Part shown: positions 47,157 through 56,415 of the stretch, in pieces
Layout of the letters: every line of letters begins with the position of its first letter
Numbering within the stretch: position 1 is the stretch's first letter
NCBI GenBank assembly: GCA_942491415.1
Contig: CALOAD010000008.1
Coordinates: 29,896-93,895 of the forward strand
DNA: 64,000 nucleotides
From: Candidatus Gastranaerophilales bacterium
Lineage (GTDB): Bacteria > Cyanobacteriota > Vampirovibrionia > Gastranaerophilales > CALOAD01
Reading direction: 5' to 3'
Notes under the pieces: model-generated
What the model saw: the letters and a program-made list of their open reading frames with translations, nothing else
Database searches by the model: none
What the model was told of the DNA's origin: nothing
Translations under genes and position numbers: made by a program

Positions 47157-48917
47157 ATGAAAACTTTAAAATTCGGCTTTACCATAATTATTTTACTCTT
47201 TTTACTTTGGCTTTGTATTGACCATTTCTGGGGTTACAAGGTTTTAAAAGTTATAGATGGCGATACTCTCTATGTCGATCTAAATCGTAATAATAGGGCT
47301 GAAACGGAAGAAAAAATCAGAATAAAGTCTATAGATACTTTTGAAACAAAATATTCTTATCAATTATCAAAGCAATCAAGAAATTTTGGTATAACTAAAA
47401 AACAAGCTTTAGGGCTTGGTTATTTAGGCAAGGAATTTGCAAAGAAAAAGCTTTTGAATAAAAGAGTCAAATTGCAAATAGAAGGCAAAGGGGATTTTAA
47501 CAGAAAACTTGCTCATATTTATATTAACGGTAAAAACTATGAAAAATTAATCTTAAAAGAAGGCTTAGCTACTGTTTATAAACGTGCTGATGACGCAGAA
47601 AAATACCTGCAATATGAGAATACAGATAAAATAAAGCAAAATGCCCAAAAAGTCCAAAATTTAGACCTTGTGATATTGAATCTAAAAAACAACAAATATC
47701 ATAAACCCTACTGCAAATACGCCCGAAATATCAGCAGATTTGAGCTGGTAGAGAAGAAAAACCTGTCTCAAAATGCTAAAGAAGCAGGGTGTTGTGAAAA
47801 ATTAAAAGATTATAAGTCAAGTAAATTTGATGAAAAAATTTTTTTAAAAGATTTGGAAAAGAATAAAGCAGAAATGTTTTTTGTAAATCCAGTAAATGTT
47901 AAATATTCAGAAAATAGTTGTTTAAATTCGGTTTGTGGTTCATTATTAACCTTGATAAAAAGTGCTCATAAAAGTATTGATATAGCAGCCTATGGTTATT
48001 ACGGGCAAGATGATATTATAAACGCTTTAAGAGCTGCTAAACAACGAGGTGTAAAAATAAGAGGTGTTGTAGATGATACAACATACAAATTTTATCTTGA
48101 TACAAAAAAAGTACAATCTGAATTTGGATTTAAACAAGATTTTTTCACGCCAATTGGTTCAGGTAAAAAATTTAAATCAAAATTTACTCGGGAAACATCA
48201 GCATTAATGCATAATAAATTTGCAATTATAGATAATAAATATCTTTGGACAGGGTCAACTAATATTACAGATAGTGGAATGACAAAAAATGCCAATAATT
48301 CCATAGTTTTTTATTCTTCAGATATTTCTAATATTTACTTGCAAGAATTTAATCAAATGTACACAAATAATAAGTTTCATTCATTGAAAGATAAAATTTT
48401 AAATGCAAAAAATATAAAACTTAAAAAAGATTTCGATATATCGATTTATTTTTCTCCCAAGGATAAAGCTTTAAGGAATGCTGTAATACCTTTAATAAAT
48501 GAATCTACAGAAACTATAGAAATAATGATTTTTTATTTAACCAACAAAAAAGTGGTAAAAGCATTAGAAGACGCCCACTTTCGAGGTGTTAAAGTCAGAA
48601 TTATAATGGATTTTGAACCAACTGCGGAAATATATAGCCCAATAGATAGACTTAGAAAATTAGGTGTTTTAGTAAAAGCTGAGAATTGGGCAGGTAAAAT
48701 GCATATGAAAACAGCTATATTTGATAGAAAAAAAGTTGTGCTTGGTAGTACAAATTGGACTAGTACAGCAGAATATGTTAATGATGAAAATCTTTTAGTA
48801 ATAAAAAATCCAGTTATCACAACCAAAGTTTATAATGAATTTGAAAGGCTCTGGAATTCCATACCTGATAAATATTTAAAAATAAAAGCTTCAAAAAAAT
48901 ATTTTAAGAAAAAATAG
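47157..48917 (+). CDS. N1: membrane-anchored/exported staphylococcal-nuclease + double-HKD (PLD/Nuc-like) fusion, lacks the Cys-rich tail
   Basis: 586 aa. Anchor MKTLKFGFTIIILLFLLWLC. SNase motifs VIDGDT, IRIKSIDTFE, NRKLAHIY. YHKPYC...AGCC motif. HKD1 MHNKFAIIDNKYLWTGSTN. HKD2 MHMKTAIFDRKKVVLGSTN. Confidence 0.88.
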   Translation: MKTLKFGFTIIILLFLLWLCIDHFWGYKVLKVIDGDTLYVDLNRNNRAETEEKIRIKSIDTFETKYSYQLSKQSRNFGITKKQALGLGYLGKEFAKKKLLNKRVKLQIEGKGDFNRKLAHIYINGKNYEKLILKEGLATVYKRADDAEKYLQYENTDKIKQNAQKVQNLDLVILNLKNNKYHKPYCKYARNISRFELVEKKNLSQNAKEAGCCEKLKDYKSSKFDEKIFLKDLEKNKAEMFFVNPVNVKYSENSCLNSVCGSLLTLIKSAHKSIDIAAYGYYGQDDIINALRAAKQRGVKIRGVVDDTTYKFYLDTKKVQSEFGFKQDFFTPIGSGKKFKSKFTRETSALMHNKFAIIDNKYLWTGSTNITDSGMTKNANNSIVFYSSDISNIYLQEFNQMYTNNKFHSLKDKILNAKNIKLKKDFDISIYFSPKDKALRNAVIPLINESTETIEIMIFYLTNKKVVKALEDAHFRGVKVRIIMDFEPTAEIYSPIDRLRKLGVLVKAENWAGKMHMKTAIFDRKKVVLGSTNWTSTAEYVNDENLLVIKNPVITTKVYNEFERLWNSIPDKYLKIKASKKYFKKK

Positions 48918-49701
48918 TTATTAAACTTGAGGATAAATCAGTGTTTTCAAGCTTTTTTGTCATAGAATACTTTTCTTTTATTTTTTTTCTATTTTCTGGC
49001 TCTATAAGTTTTTTTAACGATAAATCTTTAATCCAATAAAAATAACCTTTTTTAATTTTGTCGTTATTGTAATATTCATAATTCATAGCTTTTTGAAATA
49101 ATTTTGGGTGGTTTTCATATAATCCGATCCATTCTATTTTTTTCTGATAAAAACAAAAATAACAACCGGAACGACTTCTCCAGTTGTAATAATCGGGGAA
49201 GCCTATTCCAGCTTTAGTTAATATATTTTCAATGTCTTTTTTTATGAGCCCTTTTTCCACAAAAGGAAAAGAAGCTTTTATATGCTCGCCGACACTTTTA
49301 TCGTTAGTAGCTCTATGGGATTCATCTGCTCTAATTCCTATATATAAATTTACGAGCTGTTTTTTTGAATTCTTTAGTTTGTCGAAAATATATTTATTAA
49401 AGGTTTTTGTTTTTAATTCAAAAGTACACCAACGATTATATTGAGTTGGTAAATATCCATTGCAATTAATCAAATGTTCAAAACTCTTTTCAGGCTTTAT
49501 TCGAGTGATTTTTTTATTTAAATAAACTTCTATTTTATTCAAATAATCATAAGTTTCAGGCAAATCACAACCGGTATCGCAAAAAACATACTCAATTTTT
49601 TCGTGGATTTCGGGCATATTTTCTTTTATATAAAACGCCAGTGCTGTAGAGTCCTTACCACCCGATAGACTTAGTATATGATATTCCTTTTCTTGTTCCA
49701 T
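48904..49701 (-). CDS. P1: PAPS-reductase-family PP-loop ATP pyrophosphatase
   Basis: 265 aa with SLSGGKDS, RWCTFELK, GIRADESHR and GCYFCF. Overlaps the N1 3' end by 14 nt. Confidence 0.88.
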   Translation of the reverse strand: MEQEKEYHILSLSGGKDSTALAFYIKENMPEIHEKIEYVFCDTGCDLPETYDYLNKIEVYLNKKITRIKPEKSFEHLINCNGYLPTQYNRWCTFELKTKTFNKYIFDKLKNSKKQLVNLYIGIRADESHRATNDKSVGEHIKASFPFVEKGLIKKDIENILTKAGIGFPDYYNWRSRSGCYFCFYQKKIEWIGLYENHPKLFQKAMNYEYYNNDKIKKGYFYWIKDLSLKKLIEPENRKKIKEKYSMTKKLENTDLSSSLITIFS

Positions 49702-50600
49702 GTAAAACTAACACTCCCAACGACTTTGTAAATATAAACAACTGTTTACTTTTATCAGGATAGCATATTTTTTTGTTTTGTAAACCCCTATATTCAGAAT
49801 CAGGTCTTTTTTTGAGGTTAATAAATCTTTAGCGGCAGGAATTTTAATATAAGAATTTATTAAAAGAACGTATTGCTTTTTACCGTCTTCTTTTTCATAG
49901 ACCCTAATTTTTGCAGATAAATCACAACCTTTTTGATAATATAATTGTATGAAAACTTTAAAATTCGGCTTTACCATAATTATTTTACTCTTTTTACTTT
50001 GGCTTTGTGTTGATCATTTCAAGGGTTATAAAGTTTTAAAGGTAATAGACGGTGATACTGTTTATATTGACCTAAATCGAAATAATAAGGGTGAAACGGA
50101 AGAAAAAATCAGAATAAAGTCTATTGATACTTTTGAAACAAAGTATTCTTACCAATTATCAAAGCAATCAAGAAATTTTGGTATAACTAAAAACAAGCTT
50201 TAGGGCTTGGTTATTTAGGCAAGGAATTTGCAAAGAAAAAGCTTTTGAATAAAAGGGTTAAGGTTGTTTTTGACGCCAACAGGTCAAAAGGTGACTATGG
50301 CAGAAAGCTGGCTCATATTTATATTAACGGTAAAAACTATGAAAAACTAATATTAAAAGAAGGATTGGCTGTTGTTTATAAACGTGCTGATGATGCAAAA
50401 GAATATTTAAAGTATGAAAACATAGAAAAAATAAAGCAAAATGCCCAAAAAGCCCGAGACTTAGACCTTGTAATACTGAATCTAAAAAACAATAAATACC
50501 ATAAACCTTATTGCAAATACGCCCATAATATTAGTAAGTTTGAACTGATTGAGAAAAAAGATTTGCCTAGGGATGCTAAACAAGCAGGATGTTGTAAGGA
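49500..50600. repeat. Conserved block B (P1 5' end + 247-bp spacer + N2 5' part); approximate edges
   Basis: Near-identical by eye to 52390-53500 and 55320-56415. Partial copies at 47127-47800 and 58300-58585. Confidence 0.8.
49734..49749. promoter_or_regulatory. Candidate operator aTAAAC-aact-GTTTAc upstream of P1
   Basis: 15/16 palindrome about 40 bp upstream of the P1 ATG. GTAAAC half-site at 49780-49785, with site starts 46 bp apart. Confidence 0.5.
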
Positions 50601-51822
50601 TTTGAAAGAGCCAATTATTTCTATAAAAGCAAACTATAGAATAAATAATCCGCCTAAAGAATTAAAATATTCAAAAAAGAATGAAATTGATACCAGCATA
50701 AAGTTGTTATTTAATAGTCCTTTAGTTTATAACGAATCGCCATCAGAAAAAAGCAAAACTCCTGTTGGAAAAACAATAATTGAAGAATTAAATAAGTTAA
50801 ATCATCAAGATATTTATATTGCAACTTATGGTTTTGCTTATCAACCTGAAATTGTAAATTCCTTTAAATATGCAGAAATTAGGGGTTATTCTCTTTTTGG
50901 TGTCGCTGATGTTGATATTCATAACAGAAGTATTTATCGAGATACTCATTATGTTATGCAACAAATAGGCAAATGGCAGACTGATCATAAGGCCAATTTA
51001 GAGCAACAAAAATATAGACCTAAATATAATGGAAGTATAATGCATAATAAATTTATAACCTTCGGCAAAAATAAAGTCTTAACAGGTTCTACAAATTTTA
51101 GCTCATCAGGAACAGGTGGTTTAAATGCTAATTTATCAATTTTGATAACTTCTCCCGTAATAACCAAAGCTTTTATCCAAGAAGCAAAGCAAATGTATGA
51201 GAAAAAATTATTTCACGAATTTAAAACACCTTACTATATAAAAAACGTAGAATTAGATGATAAAAGCATTGTTTCAGTTTATTTTTGCCCAAATCCTTTA
51301 GTTATTAATGAATTAGTTAAAAATATAGACAATGCAAAAAAATATGTTTATGTAGCAATGTTTTTTTTGACTCATAATAAAATCATTAATGCCCTTGAAA
51401 TTGCTAATAATAGAGGAGTAGATGTTAAGGTGATAACTGATGCTTCAGCAGCTCAAGAAATTTTTTCAAAACATCACAAAATAAGAGCTAAAAATATTCC
51501 TGTAAAAGTCGAAAATTGGACAGGTAAAATGCATATGAAAACTATTATTATTGATGATGAACTTTTTACGGTTGGTTCAATGAATGCTACAAAAACTGCA
51601 GAAACTAAGAATGATGAAAATATTGTTATCGTTAAAAACCCAAAATTAGCAAAAGAATTAAAAAATATTTTTAATCAATTATATATTTCTATTGACGATA
51701 AATGGTTAAAAGAAACACCATTAGCAGAGTCTTTTCAGTCCGGCAATTCTTGCAACGATGGTATTGATAATGACCACAATTGGAAATATGATAATCAAGA
51801 TAATAGTTGCAAAGTGCATTAA
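49949..51822 (+). pseudogene. N2: SNase-PLD paralog interrupted by a -1 frameshift in a poly-A run
   Basis: Track ORFs 49949..50203 and 50245..51822 together match N3 end to end. N2 has ctaaaaacaagc (A5, 50189-50193) where N1, N3 and N4 have A6. HKD1 also reads HNKFITFG (Asp replaced by Gly). Confidence 0.8.
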
Positions 51823-52589
51823 TAAAAGTCTAAAAGATTTGGTATGAAATTTTGAGTCTTAGGATTTTTTTTATTATTAGCTTTTATTTTTTCTATATTT
51901 TCAGGTAAAATAAGCTCTCTTAAAAGCATATCCATATTCCAACCAATTTTATTTTTGCCATCATCAATTTCATAAGACATAGCCTTTTCGAACAATTCAG
52001 GATTATTTTCTTTTAATCTTAACCAACTCATTTTAGTTTGATAAAAACAAAAATAACATCCGTTTCTATTGCTCCATTTATAATACTCAGGGAAATTAAT
52101 ACCATTATCAATTAATATTTTTTCAATATCAGGCTTGTTTAATCCAGCTTCTATAAAAGGATACAGTTGATTAACAAAATCTTCTCCCCCGTCAGGCTTT
52201 GATCGATGAGCCTCATCAGATCTAATTCCTATATATAAATTTAACTTTTTACAATTTTGATGAAAACGTTCTTTTTTAAATTTACTAAAAGGCTTTAATT
52301 TTAGCTCAATAGTACACCATCTTCTATGAGGAGCAGGTAGACACTTATAAATACTATATAAATGTTCAAAGCTTTTCTCAGGCTGAATATAAGTAATTTT
52401 TTTATTTAGGTAAACTTCAATTTTATTCAAATAGTCATAAGTTTCAGGTAGGTCCACCCCCGTATCGCAAAAAACATATTCGATTTTTTCGTGGATGTCG
52501 GGCATATTTTCTTTTATATAAAACGCTAATGCTGTAGAGTCCTTACCTCCCGATAGACTTAGTATATGATATTCCTTTTCTTGTTCCAT
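51819..52589 (-). CDS. P2: PAPS-reductase-family PP-loop enzyme
   Basis: 256 aa with the same motifs as P1. Its stop overlaps the N2 stop in TTAA (51819-51822). Confidence 0.88.
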   Translation of the reverse strand: MEQEKEYHILSLSGGKDSTALAFYIKENMPDIHEKIEYVFCDTGVDLPETYDYLNKIEVYLNKKITYIQPEKSFEHLYSIYKCLPAPHRRWCTIELKLKPFSKFKKERFHQNCKKLNLYIGIRSDEAHRSKPDGGEDFVNQLYPFIEAGLNKPDIEKILIDNGINFPEYYKWSNRNGCYFCFYQTKMSWLRLKENNPELFEKAMSYEIDDGKNKIGWNMDMLLRELILPENIEKIKANNKKNPKTQNFIPNLLDFY

Positions 52590-53500
52590 GTAAAACCAAC
52601 TCTCCCAACGACTTTGTGAATATAAACAACTGTTTACTTTTATCAGGATAGCATATTTTTTTGTTTTGTAAACCCCTATATTCAGAATCAGGTCTTTTTT
52701 GAGGTTAATAAATCTTTAGCGGCAGGAATTTTAATATAAGAATTTATTAAAAGAACGTATTGCTTTTTACCGTCTTCTTTTTCATAGACCCTAATTTTTG
52801 CAGATAAATCACAACCTTTTTGATAATATAATTGTATGAAAACTTTAAAATTCGGCTTTACCATAATTATTTTACTCTTTTTACTTTGGCTTTGTGTTGA
52901 TCATTTCAAGGGTTATAAAGTTTTAAAGGTAATAGACGGTGATACTATCTATGTCGATTTAAATCGTAATAATAAGGCTGAAACGGAAGAAAAAATCAGA
53001 ATAAAGTCTATTGATACTTTTGAAACAAAGTATTCTTACCAATTATCAAAGCAATCAAGAAATTTTGGTATAACTAAAAAACAAGCTTTAGGGCTTGGTT
53101 ATTTAGGCAAGGAATTTGCAAAGAAAAAGCTTTTGAATAAAAGGGTTAAGGTTGTTTTTGACGCCAACAGGTCAAAAGGTGACTATGGCAGAAAGCTGGC
53201 TCATATTTATATTAACGGTAAAAACTATGAAAAACTAATATTAAAAGAAGGATTGGCTGTTGTTTATAAACGTGCTGATGATGCAAAAGAATATTTAAAG
53301 TATGAAAACATAGAAAAAATAAAGCAAAATGCCCAAAAAGCCCGAGACTTAGACCTTGTAATACTGAATCTAAAAAACAATAAATACCATAAACCTTATT
53401 GCAAATACGCCCATAATATTAGTAAGTTTGAACTGATTGAGAAGAAGAATCTGCCTCAAAATGCCAAACAAGCCGGGTGTTGCAAGGGATTAAAAGATTT
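52390..53500. repeat. Conserved block C (P2 5' end + 246-bp spacer + N3 5' part); approximate edges
   Basis: See block B. Confidence 0.8.
52622..52637. promoter_or_regulatory. Candidate operator aTAAAC-aact-GTTTAc upstream of P2
   Basis: Same site as at 49734. GTAAAC half-site at 52668-52673. Confidence 0.5.
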
Positions 53501-54749
53501 TAAAAAGAATACTTTTAATTATAAAGATAATTCATTAGAAGTTTATTTTTTTGATCCTAATATTAACTATTTTAATCAGGCAAACGAGGGAAAATATGCT
53601 CTCATTAAAGCTATTAATGATTCAAAGAATAAATTGTATTTTGCAATTTATGGAATTTCAAACTATGACATTATGAATGCTCTTATAGCTAAATATGAGA
53701 ATGGTATTGATGTTCAATGGGTTACTGATATAAATAAATATGGAAAGAATAATTACTCTAAGACACATTTATTGCAGAAAAAAATCCATAATTTTAATAT
53801 TGATAAAATTGCTGAACAATTTAAAGCCAACCGAAATCAAAAATTTGAATATTATATTGACGGAAAGAAGTACACAAGAGAGTTTACTGATAGTCAAATT
53901 AAATATTTTACAGATCAATTAATGCATAATAAATTTTTCATTTTTGACAATGATTTAATTTCAACAGGCTCAGTTAATATGAGCGTATCGGGAATTGAAG
54001 GACAAAATGCAAATGATTTATTGATAATTAATTCACCTAAAATTAATCAAATTTACACTCAAGAATTTCAGCAGATGAAATCAGGTTTATTTCATAAACA
54101 AAAGAAAAAGATTAAGAACAAAAAACACTTAAAACTTGATAATGGCTTTAATATTTCTGTGTATTTTGCTCCTTATGATAATGATTTTATGCTTGATGTT
54201 ATTCAAATAATCAATGAAGCAAAAGATTTTATTTATATACCAATGTTTTTCTTTACGGATAAAAAAATCCCCCAAACTCTTATAAATGCTAAAGAAAGAG
54301 GCGTTGATGTTAGGGTTATACTTGATGCTACTTCAGCAGCAAGAAAATACTCAAAACACGAAATTTTAAGGGAAGCAGGAATAAAAGTTAAGGTTGAAAA
54401 CTGGGCAGGTAAAATGCATATGAAAGCATTAATTACAGAATGTTACGTGGTTACAGGCAGTTTAAACTGGACGAATAGAGCTCAGTTTTTTAACGACGAA
54501 AATTCTTTGATAATTAAAAATAAAAAATTATCTAGCATTTATAAAGAATTTTTCTTAAGTCTTTATGAGTCAATTCCCAATAAATGGTTAACTTTAAATC
54601 CAAGAGCTGAAAGCTGGGATAGTAAAGGCTCTTGTAAAGATGGTATTGATAATGACCACGATGGATATACAGATTTAAAAGATTTTGATTGTAGCAAAAA
54701 ATCCCCTCAGGGTGTTGATTTTGAAGATTATTATCATAAACAAAATTAA
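52836..54749 (+). CDS. N3: exported SNase + double-HKD fusion with Cys-rich DGIDNDHDG tail
   Basis: 637 aa. N-terminal 200 aa nearly identical to N2. HKD1 MHNKFFIFDNDLISTGSVN. HKD2 MHMKALITECYVVTGSLN (Asp position is Glu). Tail GSCKDGIDNDHDGYTDLKDFDC. Confidence 0.88.
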   Translation: MKTLKFGFTIIILLFLLWLCVDHFKGYKVLKVIDGDTIYVDLNRNNKAETEEKIRIKSIDTFETKYSYQLSKQSRNFGITKKQALGLGYLGKEFAKKKLLNKRVKVVFDANRSKGDYGRKLAHIYINGKNYEKLILKEGLAVVYKRADDAKEYLKYENIEKIKQNAQKARDLDLVILNLKNNKYHKPYCKYAHNISKFELIEKKNLPQNAKQAGCCKGLKDFKKNTFNYKDNSLEVYFFDPNINYFNQANEGKYALIKAINDSKNKLYFAIYGISNYDIMNALIAKYENGIDVQWVTDINKYGKNNYSKTHLLQKKIHNFNIDKIAEQFKANRNQKFEYYIDGKKYTREFTDSQIKYFTDQLMHNKFFIFDNDLISTGSVNMSVSGIEGQNANDLLIINSPKINQIYTQEFQQMKSGLFHKQKKKIKNKKHLKLDNGFNISVYFAPYDNDFMLDVIQIINEAKDFIYIPMFFFTDKKIPQTLINAKERGVDVRVILDATSAARKYSKHEILREAGIKVKVENWAGKMHMKALITECYVVTGSLNWTNRAQFFNDENSLIIKNKKLSSIYKEFFLSLYESIPNKWLTLNPRAESWDSKGSCKDGIDNDHDGYTDLKDFDCSKKSPQGVDFEDYYHKQN

Positions 54750-55522
54750 GCTAGTAATTCATTTAAATTCTGTTGAGCAGCTTTCTTTTTTGCTCTTTGT
54801 TCTTCAAGTTTTTTATACTTTTCTTTATAAAATTTGATATTTTGAGGTTTGCATAAATCTTTTAATCTTATTTCTTGTAGCCATCCAAGTTCTTTTTTTT
54901 CAAAATTCATTGCTTTTTTATAAAGATTCGGGTGATTTTCATAGAGCTTTATCCAATCAAGCGGATTTTGAAAAAAGCAAAAATAACAACTGGAACGTTC
55001 TTTCCATTTATAATAATCAGGCAATAATATTCCTGAATTCATTAAAATATTAACAATATCATTTTTATTTAATCCATTTTCTACAAACGGATAAATCCTA
55101 AAAAGATTTTCAGGATCATCGTAAATCCGCTTTGCACGTTGAGGTTCATCCGCTCTAAATCCAATATAATTATAAACTTTGGAATTATTTTCCAGCTTAG
55201 ATTTTATGTATTTTAAAAAAGGTAAAGTCTTTAATTCACTTGTGCACCAACGATTAGCTATGGATGGTAAAAATCCATTTGAAGATTCAACTAAATGTTC
55301 AAAACTTTTCTCTGGATGTATTCTTGTTATTTTTTTATCTAGAAAAATTTCTATCTTATTCAAATAATCATAAGTTTCAGGCAAATCTACACCGGTATCG
55401 CAAAAAACATATTCGATTTTTTCGTGGATGTCGGGCATATTTTCTTTTATATAAAACGCTAATGCTGTAGAGTCCTTACCTCCCGATAGACTTAGTATAT
55501 GATATTCCTTTTCTTGTTCCAT
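54746..55522 (-). CDS. P3: PAPS-reductase-family PP-loop enzyme
   Basis: 258 aa with SLSGGKDS, RWCTSELK, GFRADEPQR and SCYFCF. TTAA stop overlap with N3 (54746-54749). Confidence 0.88.
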   Translation of the reverse strand: MEQEKEYHILSLSGGKDSTALAFYIKENMPDIHEKIEYVFCDTGVDLPETYDYLNKIEIFLDKKITRIHPEKSFEHLVESSNGFLPSIANRWCTSELKTLPFLKYIKSKLENNSKVYNYIGFRADEPQRAKRIYDDPENLFRIYPFVENGLNKNDIVNILMNSGILLPDYYKWKERSSCYFCFFQNPLDWIKLYENHPNLYKKAMNFEKKELGWLQEIRLKDLCKPQNIKFYKEKYKKLEEQRAKKKAAQQNLNELLA

Positions 55523-56415
55523 GTAAAACCAACTCTCCCAACGACCTTGTGAATATAAACAACTGTTTACTTTTATCAGGATAGCATATTTTTTTGTTTT
55601 GTAAACCCCTATATTCAGAATCAGGTCTTTTTTGAGGTTAATAAATCTTTAGCGGCAGGAATTTTAATATAAGAATTTATTAAAAGAACGTATTGCTTTT
55701 TACCGTCTTCTTTTTCATAGACCCTAATTTTTGCAGATAAATCACAACCTTTTTGATAATATAATTGTATGAAAACTTTAAAATTCGGCTTTACCATAAT
55801 TATTTTACTCTTTTTACTTTGGCTTTGTGTTGACCATTTCAGGGGTTATAAAGTTTTAAAGGTAATAGATGGCGATACTGTTTACGTTGATTTAAACAGG
55901 AATAATAAGGCTGAAAAAGAAGAAAAAATCAGGATAAAATCTATTGATACTTTTGAAACAAAGTATTCTTACCAATTATCTAAACAATCAAAGGTTTTTG
56001 GTATAACCCAAAAACAAGCTCTCGGGCTTGGTTATTTAGGTAAGGAATTTGCCAAGAAAAAGCTTTTGAATAAAAGGGTTAAAGTGCAAATAGATGGTAA
56101 AGGGGATTTTAACAGAAAACTTGCCCATATTTATATTAACGGTCAAAACTATGAAAAGCTAATATTAAAAGAAGGGCTAGCGAGCGTATATAAGAGAGCT
56201 GATGATGCAGAAAAATACCTGCAATATGAGAATACAAATAAAATAAAGCAAAATGCCCAAAAAGCCAAAGACTTAGACCTTGTAATACTGAATCTAAAAA
56301 ACAATAAATACCATAAACCTTATTGCAAATACGCCCGTAATATCAGCAGGTTTGAACTGGTAGAGAAAAAGCATCTGCTCCAAGCAGATGCAAAACAAGC
56401 AGGGTGTTGCAAGAA
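55320..56415. repeat. Conserved block D (P3 5' end + 246-bp spacer + N4 5' part); approximate edges
   Basis: See block B. Confidence 0.8.
55555..55570. promoter_or_regulatory. Candidate operator aTAAAC-aact-GTTTAc upstream of P3
   Basis: Same site as at 49734. GTAAAC half-site at 55601-55606. Confidence 0.5.

Noticed and set aside
49708-49977. 89-aa minus-strand ORF in the P1-N2 spacer (track ORF MVKPNFKVFIQ...).
   Set aside because: It lies entirely in the repeated divergent-promoter spacer and overlaps the N2 start. In the other two spacer copies a 1-nt difference in a T-run (ttttttt versus tttttt near 49808) breaks the frame, so it is not conserved as coding.
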